Part shown: in pieces, positions 1 to 14,338 of the stretch | Layout: each line of letters opens with the position of its first letter | How positions within the stretch are numbered: the first letter of the stretch is position 1 | From: Ranitomeya imitator | Taxonomy: Eukaryota | DNA length: 64,000 bases | Assembly: GCF_032444005.1 (NCBI RefSeq) | Contig: NC_091283.1 | Coordinates: forward strand, 162,378,001 to 162,442,000 | Direction: 5' to 3' | Notes under the pieces: model-generated | Seen by the model: only the letters and a program-made list of their open reading frames with translations | What the model was told of the DNA's origin: nothing | Databases searched by the model: none | Translations under genes and position numbers: made by a program

Positions 1-3000
1 TCGTCCCATCATTACACACATACTCCAGTACTATATCCCTTTGAATCCTAATACCTCCGTTCCTACTCTGAGCTCCAAAGGCATGCCTCATCCGCAAATA
101 TTGATACTCCCCTGCAGACCCAAGACCAAATTCCGCCTGCAATTGGGAAAATGATTTCAGTTCACCTTGTTCAATTATTTGGTACACATACTGAATCCCT
201 TTGCCCAACCACTCTATCAGTACCCCCAATGCCTCAAATTCTTTCAGATTGTTATTATGCCATAGCGGCGAGTATCTAGTCAAGTCCATGATCCCACGTA
301 TGTGCCTCAATCTACTCCACAGCTTGCGTATCAACAGCAAAGTCGGATATAGCTTCCCCAAACTCTCCAAGGATCCATCCTCCAAACATTGTACCACTGA
401 CTTTCTTTTTGTCACCACCTCCATCAACCGCTGTACTGCCCCAGATGACCCCCCATGCGCCCAGCCCCTTAAATGCTGACTCTGGGCTGCAAGAAAGTAC
501 AACTCAGGGTTAGGCAATGCCAGACCCCCATCATCCTTGGGTCGCTGAAGTGTCTCCAGTTTGATACGCGGATGCTGTCTCCCCCATATCAGATTCCTAA
601 ACAGAGAGTTGATCTGTCTAAATTTCCCACGTGGTATCCAAACCGGCGCATTGTGAAGAATATACAATATTTTCGGCATCAGAATCATTTTGATAAGATT
701 CACCCTGCCTACCACAGACAAATGTAGCTTAAGCCATGCATCCGCTTTTGCCTTGAGGGCACCCAAGATTGGAGTCAGATTCTCATGTATATAGTCAGTG
801 ACCGGCATAGATACCCATATTCCCAGGTACTTAAATTTACTCGTCACCTCCAGTCGCCCGTCCTCCAATGGCTCCCCATCCACATCGTCCACCTTAAACA
901 AGGTAGACTTACTCCAATTTATCCTAAGTCCCGACACTGATCCGAATCGTTCAATAATCCCAATGGCTCCCTCCAAGGATGCAACCGGGTCAGCCAGAAA
1001 CAACAAAATATCATCCGCATACAACGCCACCCTTTCTTCAATCACCCCATATTTAAACCCCGTCATCTCATCAGACTGTCGAAGCGTAGCGGCCAGTGGT
1101 TCCACCGCCAGATCAAACAAAAGGGGGGAAAGCGGACACCCCTGTCTCGTCCCTCTAGCCAATTGTATGGTCCGTGACAACTCCCCGTTTACCCTAACCC
1201 TGGCCATCGGCATCGAGTACATTAATTGAATCCATGATATGAACTGCGGTCCAAACCCCATTCTTCGCAACACCTGCCAGAGATACCCCCACTCCACACT
1301 ATCGAACGCCTTGTGAGCGTCTAAAGATGCAATAACTCTCTGGCCACAGTTATCGGCTTTGAGTTGCAAGTTCATATACAGCCTTCGTAGATTAATCGCA
1401 GTTGACCTATCAGGCATAAAGCCAGACTGGTCTGAGTGTATCAGGCCAGAAATAACACTTGTCAACCTCATCGCCAACACCTTAGCCAGGAGTTTAACGT
1501 CGATAGTAAGCAAAGAAATTGGCCGATATGAATCCGGCTGTGTCGGGTCTTTCCCCTCCTTTGGAATCACCACTATTGTGGCCTCCCGCATAGATGCCGG
1601 TAGCCTTCCACCATTCGTAGCCTCTTCCAAGACCGCCTTCAATTTAGGGATCAACACTTCCCCCAAGCTTTTATAAATTTCGTCAGGAAATCCGTCTACG
1701 CCAGGCGCCTTCCCATTAGCCATCGACTGCAATGCCCGTCCCAGTTCCTCCTCCGTAATGGGAGCCTCCAAATCCTCCCTAGCTGTGTCACTCAGCCTCG
1801 GGAGCTCCAACTCCTCAAGGAACGCCACCGTGTCCTCCATTGACCCATCTACCCGAGAGGAGTATAAGGCTGCGTAAAAATCTGCAAAAGTCTCCAAAAT
1901 CTCTGAAGTCTCAGAAACAGCAACACCACTCCCAGTCACCAAAGAGTGAACAAAGGAAGTATTTCTCTGGGCAGATGCCACCAGCGACAGCAAATGACCC
2001 ACTGATTCACCCTCCTGGTAATAGGCCAAATTCATGAATTCCCTCTTCCTTTCAGCCTTACTCAGCAAGACCTCCTCTAGCTGGCTTTGAGCTGCCTTTA
2101 ACCTCCTCCCAGCCTCCAAAGTACCCATTATTACCATCTCATCTTCAGCCACCCTCAGCCCATCTATCGCCAGCCTCTCTGCCTCTCTCGATTTCCGCTT
2201 ACACCTGCTAATATCCCTAAACAACAGCCCTCTCAAGTACGCTTTCATGGCTTCCCACACAGTAAGCCCATCTATGCTACCCTCATTTATCTCAAAAAAT
2301 TCCACCAATTCCTTCTTAATCTTCTCCAAGTCTATACTGTGTAGCCAATTAGGGTGAATTTTCCACTCCCTTCTGCTCCCGTTCCGTGTCCCCACTGATC
2401 GAAATTCCACTTCAACTGGACTATGGTCTGAGAGAGCCCTAGGTAAATATCTCACCTCCCCTACCATCGTATCTAGTAATCGGTTACCCAGTGCCAGATC
2501 AATCCTAGACAGCGTACCATGAGCTGGTGAGTAGCATGAATACGCCCTTTCCCCGATATGCCTAACTCTCCATAAATCAACCATGCCCACTTCCCCGACA
2601 TAAGTCCCAAACGTAGTGATATGTCCCGCAGTCCTATTCTGGAGGTTTTTGTTCTTATCCCAAAAGTCATCACATATATTATTAAGGTCGCCGATAATTA
2701 GTAATGGTAACGGTCCCCAGCGCTCTACCCTCTCCAGCACCTCTCTTATCTTCTTGCTTGAGTATGGGGGCAGAATATACATTGCCACTATACACATCAA
2801 TACTCCATTCATTTTACATTTCACCACCACATACTGACCATCGACATCCTCTTTTACCATTACCTCCTCATACTGCACCCCCGCAGGTATTAACACAGAC
2901 ACACCCCTAGAATACGTCGAGAAAGTAGAATGATACGCCCTCTGTATCCAGCGCCTATTCAATATGTTCACCCTCTCCCGCACTAAATGTGTCTCCAGCA

Positions 3001-3165
3001 GGCATATCATTGAGACCTTCTGTTCTCAGACATACTGCAGACTTGCCGCCCGCCGTGTTTTATCCGCCAGACCTCTCACATTCCAACTCAATATTTTAAT
3101 ACAATCTCCCATCATGTGGCTCATCATTTCTTAAAGAATCCAATTTCCCAAGTATGAGCTGCCCC
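1..3165 (-). mobile_element. L1-clade non-LTR retrotransposon, 5'-truncated just upstream of ORF2; 3' part lies beyond the left edge
   Basis: Minus-strand translation shows an APE endonuclease (ILSWNVRGL, LLETH, IGDLN, SRID, SDHSP) followed by RT motifs (KAPGVDGF, YRPISLL, SLDAHKAFDSVEW, RGTRQGCPLSPLLF, LYADDIL at ~1010-1021, KYLGI). The sequence switches abruptly to Tc1 sequence at 3166. Confidence 0.93.
2..3115 (-). pseudogene. L1 ORF2 (endonuclease + reverse transcriptase), ~1038 codons in window, one premature TGA at 3026-3028
   Basis: ATG at 3115 (MMGDCIKILSWNVRG). By manual reading the frame stays the same down to position 2, with one in-frame stop (QYV*EQK). It is probably missing from the ORF track because it has no stop inside the window. 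Confidence 0.85.
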
Positions 3166-4361
3166 AAAATTGCTACAATATTAGCAGTGGCAAAATCTAC
3201 AATTTGGTACATCCTGAGAAAGAAAGCACTGGCGAACTCATCAATGCAAAAAGACCTGGGCGCCCACGGAAGACAACAGTGGTGGATGATCGCAGAATAA
3301 TCTCCATGATGAAGACAAAACCCCTTCAAAGCAGCCAACCAAGTGAACAACACTCTCCAGGAGGTCGGCGTATCAATATCCAAATCTACTATAAAGAGAA
3401 GACTGCATGAAAGTAAATACAGAGGGTTCACTGCATGGTGCAAGCCACTCATAAGCATCAAGAATAAAAAGGCTAGACTGGACTTTGCTAAAAACATCTA
3501 AAAAAGCCAGCACAGTTCTGGAAGAACATTCTTTGGACAGATGAAACCAAGATCAACCTCTACCAGAATGATGGAAAGAGAAAAGTATGGCGAAGGCGTG
3601 GTACAGCTCATGATCCAAAGCATACCACATCATCTGTAAAACACGGCGGAGGCAGTGTGATGGCTTGGGCATGCATGGCTGCCAGTGGCACTGGGTCACT
3701 AGTGTTTATTGATGATGTGACACAGGACAGAACCAGCCGAATGAATTCTGAGGTATTCAGAGACATACTGTGCGCTCAGATCCAGCCAAATGCAGCAAAA
3801 CTGATTGGTCGTCGTTTCATACTACAGATGGACAATGACCCAAAACATAAAACCAAAGCAACCCAGGAGTTTATTAACGCAAAGAAGTGGAATATTCTTG
3901 AATGGCCAAGTCAGTCACCTGATCTCAACCCAATTGAGCATGCATTTCACTTGTTAAAGACTAAACTTCAGACAGAAAAGCCCACAAACAAACAGCAACT
4001 GAAAACCACCGCAGTGAAGGCCTGGCAGAGCATCAAAAAGGAGGAAACACAGCGTCTGGTAATGTCCATGAGTTCAAGACTTCAGGCAGTCATTGCCAAC
4101 AAAGGGTTTTCAACCAAGTACTAAAAATGAACATTTTATTTAAAAATATTGAATCTGTCCAATTACTTTTGGCCCCTTGAAAAACAGGGTGGCACATGTT
4201 AAGGAGCTGAAACTCCTAAACCCTTCATCCAATTTTAATGTGGATACCCTCAAATGAAAGCTGAAAGTCTGAACTTCAACTGCATCTGAATTGTTTTGTT
4301 TAAAATTCATTGTGGTAATGTCTATAACCAAAATTAGAAAAATGTTGTCTCTGTCCAAATA
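3166..4361 (+). mobile_element. Tc1-family DNA transposon, degenerate; 5' end displaced by the L1, 3' TIR runs into the assembly gap
   Basis: Frameshifted transposase pieces: KRPGRPRKTT (3204 ORF), WTDETK region at ~3535, and ORF 3657-4124 with QMDNDPKH...WPSQSPDLNPIE (DD34E), ending KGFSTKY*. Confidence 0.9.
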
Positions 4362-4514
4362 NNNNNNNNNNNNNNNNNNNNNNNNNNNNNNNNNNNNNNN
4401 NNNNNNNNNNNNNNNNNNNNNNNNNNNNNNNNNNNNNNNNNNNNNNNNNNNNNNNNNNNNNNNNNNNNNNNNNNNNNNNNNNNNNNNNNNNNNNNNNNNN
4501 NNNNNNNNNNNNNN
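4362..4514. other. Assembly gap (153 N)
   Basis: Run of N between the termini of two Tc1 elements. Confidence 1.
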
Positions 4515-6750
4515 TTGGACACACTTTCTCATTTAAAGATTTTTCTGTATTTTCATGACTATGAAAATTGTACATTCACACTGAAGGCATCAAAACTATG
4601 AATTAACACATGTGGAATTATATACTTAACAAAAAAGTGTGAAACAACTGAAATTATGTCTTCTATTCTAGGTTCTTCAAAATAGCCACCTTTTGCTTTG
4701 ATGACTGCTTTGCACACTCTTGGTATTCTCTTGATGAGCTTCAAGAGGTAGTCACCGGGAATGGTCTTCCAACAATCTTGAAGGAGTTCCCAGAGATGCT
4801 TTGCACTTGTTGGCCCTTTTGCCTTCACTCTGCGGTCCAGCTCACCCCAAACCATCTCGATTGGGTTCAGGTCTGGTGACTGTAGAGGCCAGGTCATCTG
4901 GCGTAGCACCCATCACTCTCCTTCTTGGTCAAATAGCCCTTATACAGCCTGGAGGTGTGTTTGGGGTCATTGTCCTGTTGAAAAGTAAATGATGGTCCAA
5001 CTAAACGCAAACCGGATGGAATAGCATGCTGCTGCAAGATGCTGTGGTAGCTGTTGTGAATTCTGCTCTTGGGTTCCCTCCAGTGGTTGTAGGTGGGAAT
5101 GCAGTTGTCTCTGACTCGCAGTCCTGGCCAGGTGTATCGGATGATTACAATTCTGACTGGGATATTTAGGTGTGCAGGATCCTTTAGCCCTTGCCAGTTG
5201 TCAATGTTCCTTGTGGAGTGTTGGATCACTTTCTGGCTTCTCCTGCTTGCTGCCAAATTCAGCAAAGATAAGTGTTTGGTTTTTGTATCTGTGGCACACT
5301 GCTGTGTGCTTGTTTCAGTTTTATTCCTGCTCTGATTGTAGGATTCACTGGAGTTGCAGATTTACGCTCCTACATCTTTTAGTTAGATGTAGGAAGTTTT
5401 TTGTATATTCTGCTGTGGATGTTTTGAAGGGTTTTAATACTGACCGCACAGAACTCTGTCCTATCCTGTCCTATCTAGCTAGAGTGGCCTCCTGTGCTAA
5501 ATCCTGTTTTTCTGCCTGTGTATGTTTTTTCCTCTCCGACTCACCGCCAATATTTGTGGGGGGCTGTCTATCCTTTGGGGATTTTCTCTGAGGCAAGATA
5601 GTATTCCAATTTCCATCTTTAGGGGTATTTAGTCCTCTGGCTGTGACGAGGTGTCTAGGTGTGTTAGGTACACTCCACGGCTACTTCTAGTTGCGGTGTT
5701 AAGTTCAGGATTGCAGTCAGTATAGTGGCCACTTTCTCCAGTGAAAGTTCTCATGCAGCTCCAAGGTCACCGGATCATAACAGGTAGCCATGCTGGTTCA
5801 GTATGCCTTCAATTTTGAATAAATCCCCAACAGTGTCACCAGCAAAGCACCCCCACACCATCACACCTCCTCCTCCATGCTTCACGGTGGGAACCAGGCA
5901 TGTAGAGTCCATCCGTTCACCTTTTCTGTGTCGCACAAAGACACAGTGATTGGAACCAAAGATCTCAAATTTGGACTCATCAGACCAAAGCACAGATTTC
6001 CACTGGTCTCATGTCCATTCCTTGTGTTCTTTAGCCCAAACAAGCCTCTTCTGCTTGTTGCCTGTCCTTACCAGTGGTTTCCTAGCAGCTATTTTACCAT
6101 GAAGGCCTGCTGCACAAAATGTCTTCTCTTAACAGTTGTTGTAGAGATGTGTCTGCTGCTAGAACTCTGTGTGGCACTGACCTGGTCTCTAATCTGAGCG
6201 GTTGTTAACCTGCGATTTCTGAGGCTGGCGACTCGGATAAACTTATCCTCAGAAGCAGAGGTGACTCTTGGTCTTCCTTTCATGGGGCGGTCCTCATGTG
6301 AGCCAGTTTCTTTGTAGCGCTTGATGGTTTTTGCCACTGCACTTGGGGACACTTTCAAAGTTTTCCCAATTTTTCAGACTGACTGACCTTCATTTCTTAA
6401 AGTAATGATGGCTACTCGTTTTTCTTTACTTAGCTGCCTTTTTCTTGCCGTAATACAAATTCTAACAGTATATTCAGTAGGACTATCAGCTGTGTATCCA
6501 CCAGACTTCTGCACAACACAACTGATGGCCCAAACCCCATTTATAAGGCAAGAAATCCTACTTATTAAACCTGACAGGGCACACCTGTGAAGTGAAAACC
6601 ATTCCCGGTGACTACCTCTTGAAGCTCATCAAGAGAATGCCAAGAGTGTGCAAAGCGGTCATCAAAGCAAAAGGTGGCTACTTTGAAGAACCTAGAATAT
6701 AAGACAGAATTTCAGTTGTTTCACACTTTTTTGTTAAGTATATAATTCCA
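4515..6750 (-). mobile_element. Tc1-family transposon, degenerate, interrupted by a solo LTR; long TIRs include the 3' end of the transposase CDS
   Basis: Fragments in order: KGRPRVTS (6089-6358), LWSDESKFEIFG (5775-5993), QQDNDPKH (4894 ORF), SPDLNPIE...KAKGGYFEE (4559-4909). 6597-6750 is an inverted copy of ~4612-4766. Confidence 0.9.
5052..5782. mobile_element. Putative solo LTR (731 bp) inserted into the Tc1 transposase
   Basis: TGTT...AACA termini and a 6-bp target duplication GGTAGC (5046-5051 and 5783-5788). Removing it restores the Tc1 peptide NQHGY|HSILQ. Confidence 0.8.
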
Positions 6751-6996
6751 TTTAGAAGGGTCTGCAGATATAAATCAGTGCTGCAGCCCCTTTATTATCA
6801 GGGTCAGAACCCAGCAATTATAAAGTGAAGGTACATGCTAGCAATGTAGCCTCACTTACCACATAAGTCATAAAGTGTGTGAAGGCTGTCACCAGGGAGA
6901 TCACGTAGAATCCCACCACTGCCACGTGACGAATCCGCCACTTGTCTGACATCACTATTACGTCAGAAGGATCACATAATGCAGTCTCCCCACTAT

Positions 6997-7798
6997 CACC
7001 AACGTAACGTTGCGCACCCACTTGGGACACGTAAAGTCAGCTTGGTACAGTTTTACACACACCCCCCCAGTCAACACGGGCCCAGGGAGGCATGGGGAGT
7101 TAGAGGATGTGGCCCATGTAGTCACTGACGTGGCACCACACTCGCCCACAACCCTGACAGGCTGAGAGGCCCCTATGTCCTGTACCTTAACGGGGTTATA
7201 TGGGGCCGGAAACCAGCCCCGGTAGAATGGAAAGTTAAGCCAAGAACATGGACTTGTGGATCGAGATAAAACAGCAGCTAAAGGTTAAATTATCTATTTC
7301 ATTGCCTTAAGGGCACAGAAGACAATACACTATATACACAATGGTTACACATATACAATGGTCAGATATTCAAATACACGTGAAGTACAACAGATATAAG
7401 CTGATGGATCATGTCAATTACCGGTTTGATGTTCGATCATGTGAGCGCTAGGCTGCAGGGAGCATGGACTGCCAGCTGTTTCCTAGTCCCTTCACAGCAT
7501 GTTACTCGACGTGGCCCCCACTTTCGAAGTGAACAGCAAGCATACCAGAGAAAGAGACCACATGGCCTTACACTAGCCTTTATCCCCTTTGGGTCACTCC
7601 CCTCTGCCCTCTGGGCTGAACCTAAATCCCCTCCCCTTTCCTCTAGCAGCTAAAAACTCAAAAACCTAAGATGGGTCTCAACTGCTTAATGGACAGTCCT
7701 AGGGAGGCAGTTTTGGCGCCATTGGTTCCAGCCGGGCCCGTGCTACGCGTTGAGATTAAAGACATCTTTGCTGTCTGGTTCCTACTAGCCAATCTACA
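6997..7798 (-). mobile_element. Possible LTR with adjacent PBS-like sequence
   Basis: Minus strand starts TGTAGATTGG at 7798 and ends ...GTTACG at 7003, followed by TTGGTG (PBS-like). No TSD or second LTR was found. Confidence 0.3.
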
Positions 7799-8152
7799 TA
7801 TCTCCCCTCCCTAGGGTGCTAAAATGGCTTGAGACCCTGGAAGGTGTTCGGCCCCTTCCAGAGAACTCAAAAATGTAACTGGTATGTGGCTAGGACATAC
7901 AGTAAGTCCATACTCTCCCTATGAAATCCAAGCTGCCCAAACAAAGCAGTTAGACCGCATGGTTTGGATCCACAGGGAGTCTTCCTGTACAAGCTAGTTG
8001 CTTGCAGGGGGGGGGGGGGTGAGTTCCTTCTTTGAAGCCAATAAACTGACCGCCTGCTGAGCCAGGTGTCCAGTTACGGCTGCATGTTTTCGGGAGGATT
8101 GTAAGCTATCAATAAATCTCCCCATCCTTCAAAGAGTACTATAGACTGATCA

Positions 8153-11621
<3,469 letters not shown>

Positions 11622-13174
11622 TGTCCCAACCAGTGACGGGATGAAATAAGCAGGCGAAGAAAGAACGGTCCAGACATCAGGAATCCTGCCAGGAGAAAAG
11701 ATAAGAAATGAACATCTGATGATCTGGGATCATTAATGTCATGGTATCATCCGTTCTATGAAATAGACATATAGATGCTCCCCCATCAGCACTGACACAT
11801 GGATCATAGTGATGTCCATCTGAACCCCTCAAATCATCACTGGACCTCAGGCTGTAGTCACTGATTGGGTAAGAACAAAAGGAAGTGTACAGCATGTTAA
11901 TGTTTCCCCTTCTCTCGTCTTCTGCATCAAATAGTGAAAGCAGAAATTCACCCAAAACTCATCTGCTAACATGGCATAAAAATACAAGGGACCCCTCATC
12001 TTCAATGCTGAAGTAAGAATGTGCCTCCTAGAAATCAACGTCAGTGGAGGAGAAGAGCCACGGATTTGTAACATCACCAATATATTTATTACTGGGGTAA
12101 GATAGATAGATAGATAGATTGTTTATCTATCTATCTATCTGTCTTCCTTCATATTCGGAGGGGGTCTCTTAGTGATCTTGCAAAGAATTATTACAGAGGA
12201 GAAAGGAAAATGTGGCGCCTGCTCACCTGTCCTGATTCTTGGCATTAAGTCTCCAAGGGAGATGGCAAATCTTATTAGGATAAGGGGTGTCAGTCCGACT
12301 GATGCAACCCTACCAGCATGCCCGCTAAGGGGAGAGGAGGGTCCAGTGTGGCCTGAGGTACTTACACCGTGTCATAAGGCCGAGGACATGGATTTAAAAG
12401 GGCCACAGCCAATAGTCAGCAACGTATAATAAGCCTCGGGAGTGAGATCGGTCACAGCATATGATGGAGGCTTCTCTGGAGGGGGGGGGGGGGTTCTCAG
12501 CATTGGACATAAATGGTTTATGAACGGGAGGATGGGGGGGGTGTCTGGATGTTTAGTCTAGCATACATGTGAAGACTACAGTCAGCCTGGCTGATAACAG
12601 GGAGGAGTAGCTTGGCTTAAAGAACAAGATTTAAAGCTGGATAAAAACACTAGCAAAGGGGCAGCTGACACTTCACTCCTCTAGGGGGCACCGAAGTCAC
12701 AATGATCTGCTTAAACATGCTCCCATTGCTTAATTAGCAATTCCCTAAAAGTGCAGAAATCGCTTCTATGAGAGGACATAGTCTGAAAATATGGAGAGTG
12801 CAGATGGAGTAGAGGAAGAAGTCGTACCTGGTCCCTGACGGGGGCACTACGGCCCCTCTGCTACACGGGAAGACACCGAAATGGTACATTGTAACAACAA
12901 GCATAGAAAGGACTTGGCCAGACGGTGACAGCGTGGCAACAGACTATTGCCATAGGGAAGGTGGGTCGGCCGCAACCGCACCGTCAGGCCTTATCCTGAG
13001 TCTAGGGCCACACAACTCCCATCATGTGCGATGTGTCCTAGACCTAATAAATAACCGCAACCTGTAAACAAACAAAAAAACAACTCGTGGTCAATTTAAG
13101 TGGAGAACAGCAAGGAGCAAGATCTCTATGGGGAGCGGCATTTATCCTCCGGCTGCGGCCCGAGATGGCACTAA

Positions 13175-13520
13175 GGCCGGGGGCACATGATGCGGCAGCA
13201 GCAGCACTTTGGATGCAACACATTCCGCTCCGTCCAAAGCGCTGCCGTCTATTGAACGCAGGTGATTTCGCATGTGTTCACTGAATCGTGTGGATTCACC
13301 GCATCCAGTACATTCTATTGTGTAATTTCTCTTGTGGAGACTGAGCGTCTCCGCGACACAAATTGATGTGCTGCAGTCTGGAGAGAAGCATCGCATGTCC
13401 GTCTCCGCGGGTGATCCACAGGCAATTTCTTGAAATCCCATCCACTATGCTGTAACATCTGGACGCTGCATTAATACACAGTGTCATACCCGCAGTGTTA
13501 CTGATCGTGGGCACGTACCC
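13175..13520. mobile_element. PIF/Harbinger-type MITE
   Basis: TAA flanks at 13172-13174 and 13521-13523, with degenerate GG..GCAC/GTGC..CC termini. A related inverted copy lies at ~21825-22120. Confidence 0.55.
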
Positions 13521-13859
13521 TAACCCATTCCTATGGGCCAGCGAAACGCAGCAGACAGGATGGCATTGCAACCGCCGCAAACAAGTCGCAAAAACACGGC
13601 TTTTTAAGAGTTGCCCGCTGTGGTTGCAGCACCGTGCGCTATTCATTTCCGTTTCGCTGGCAGCCATATTTCGCCACACAATCGCCCTGAATATATGACT
13701 GCAGGAACGACTGCGAACATGACGTCACGTGCAGATACAATATGGCGCAGAAGAGGCCATTATATATAGGATACACAGAAAATAGGAACCGGTGTGAGAG
13801 AGCAGACACATCTGACGTGTAAATATGAGAGAACGCCCACCGCAACCACCGAGGCCGGG

Positions 13860-14335
13860 ATGCTGAGGGTCGTAGTCACACACTATACACATAAAGGAAG
13901 GGAAGTTACCCCTCACAGCTCCTCCTGCCGCCCCCGGGGCTGCTTCATCCTCCCGCCACCTTTTGCTGCCGACTCCCTGCTGCTTAGCAACGCGGCGCCG
14001 GTTACCAGGGACCGAGTGTTACCTGGAAAAGCCTCCCCGCAGAGTCCAACGCTTTGGTTCCTCCCCTTGTACCCCGAGGCCCATACGGTGTCGCTCTCAC
14101 CAGAGTCCTGTCCTATTGGCTATTACACCCCTGACCTGAAAAAAAACACCACACAAGCTAAGAACTCTGCTCAGCCAGCACAAAGGGGAGATTTACGTGG
14201 CAGCCAATCAGATTCTGATTTCATGTGCCCAAGGGGGGGTTGAAAAATGTGAGCTAAAATCTGATTGGTGCCTAAGGGCATTGAAGACTTAGTCCATATA
14301 CTTAGATCTCCATGGCAATACGTTGCCAAGCGTGT
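13860..14335 (-). promoter_or_regulatory. Putative WDR31 promoter / first non-coding exon region
   Basis: CpG-rich. CCAAT boxes at ~14115, ~14202 and ~14263; RFX X-box-like motifs at 13979-13991, 14001-14012, 14018-14029 and 14307-14319. Lies upstream of the acceptor at 11685 that precedes the ATG. Confidence 0.55.
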
Positions 14336-14338
14336 GCA

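Noticed and set aside
798-1676. Plus-strand ORFs of 105-143 aa
   Set aside because: They are antisense shadows of the L1 ORF2.
7870-8079. Candidate WDR31 last exon via the acceptor at 8079 or the open frame ending ..LATYQLHF*
   Set aside because: Only trivial similarity to the known C-terminus, no WD-repeat features, and it crosses a poly-G run.
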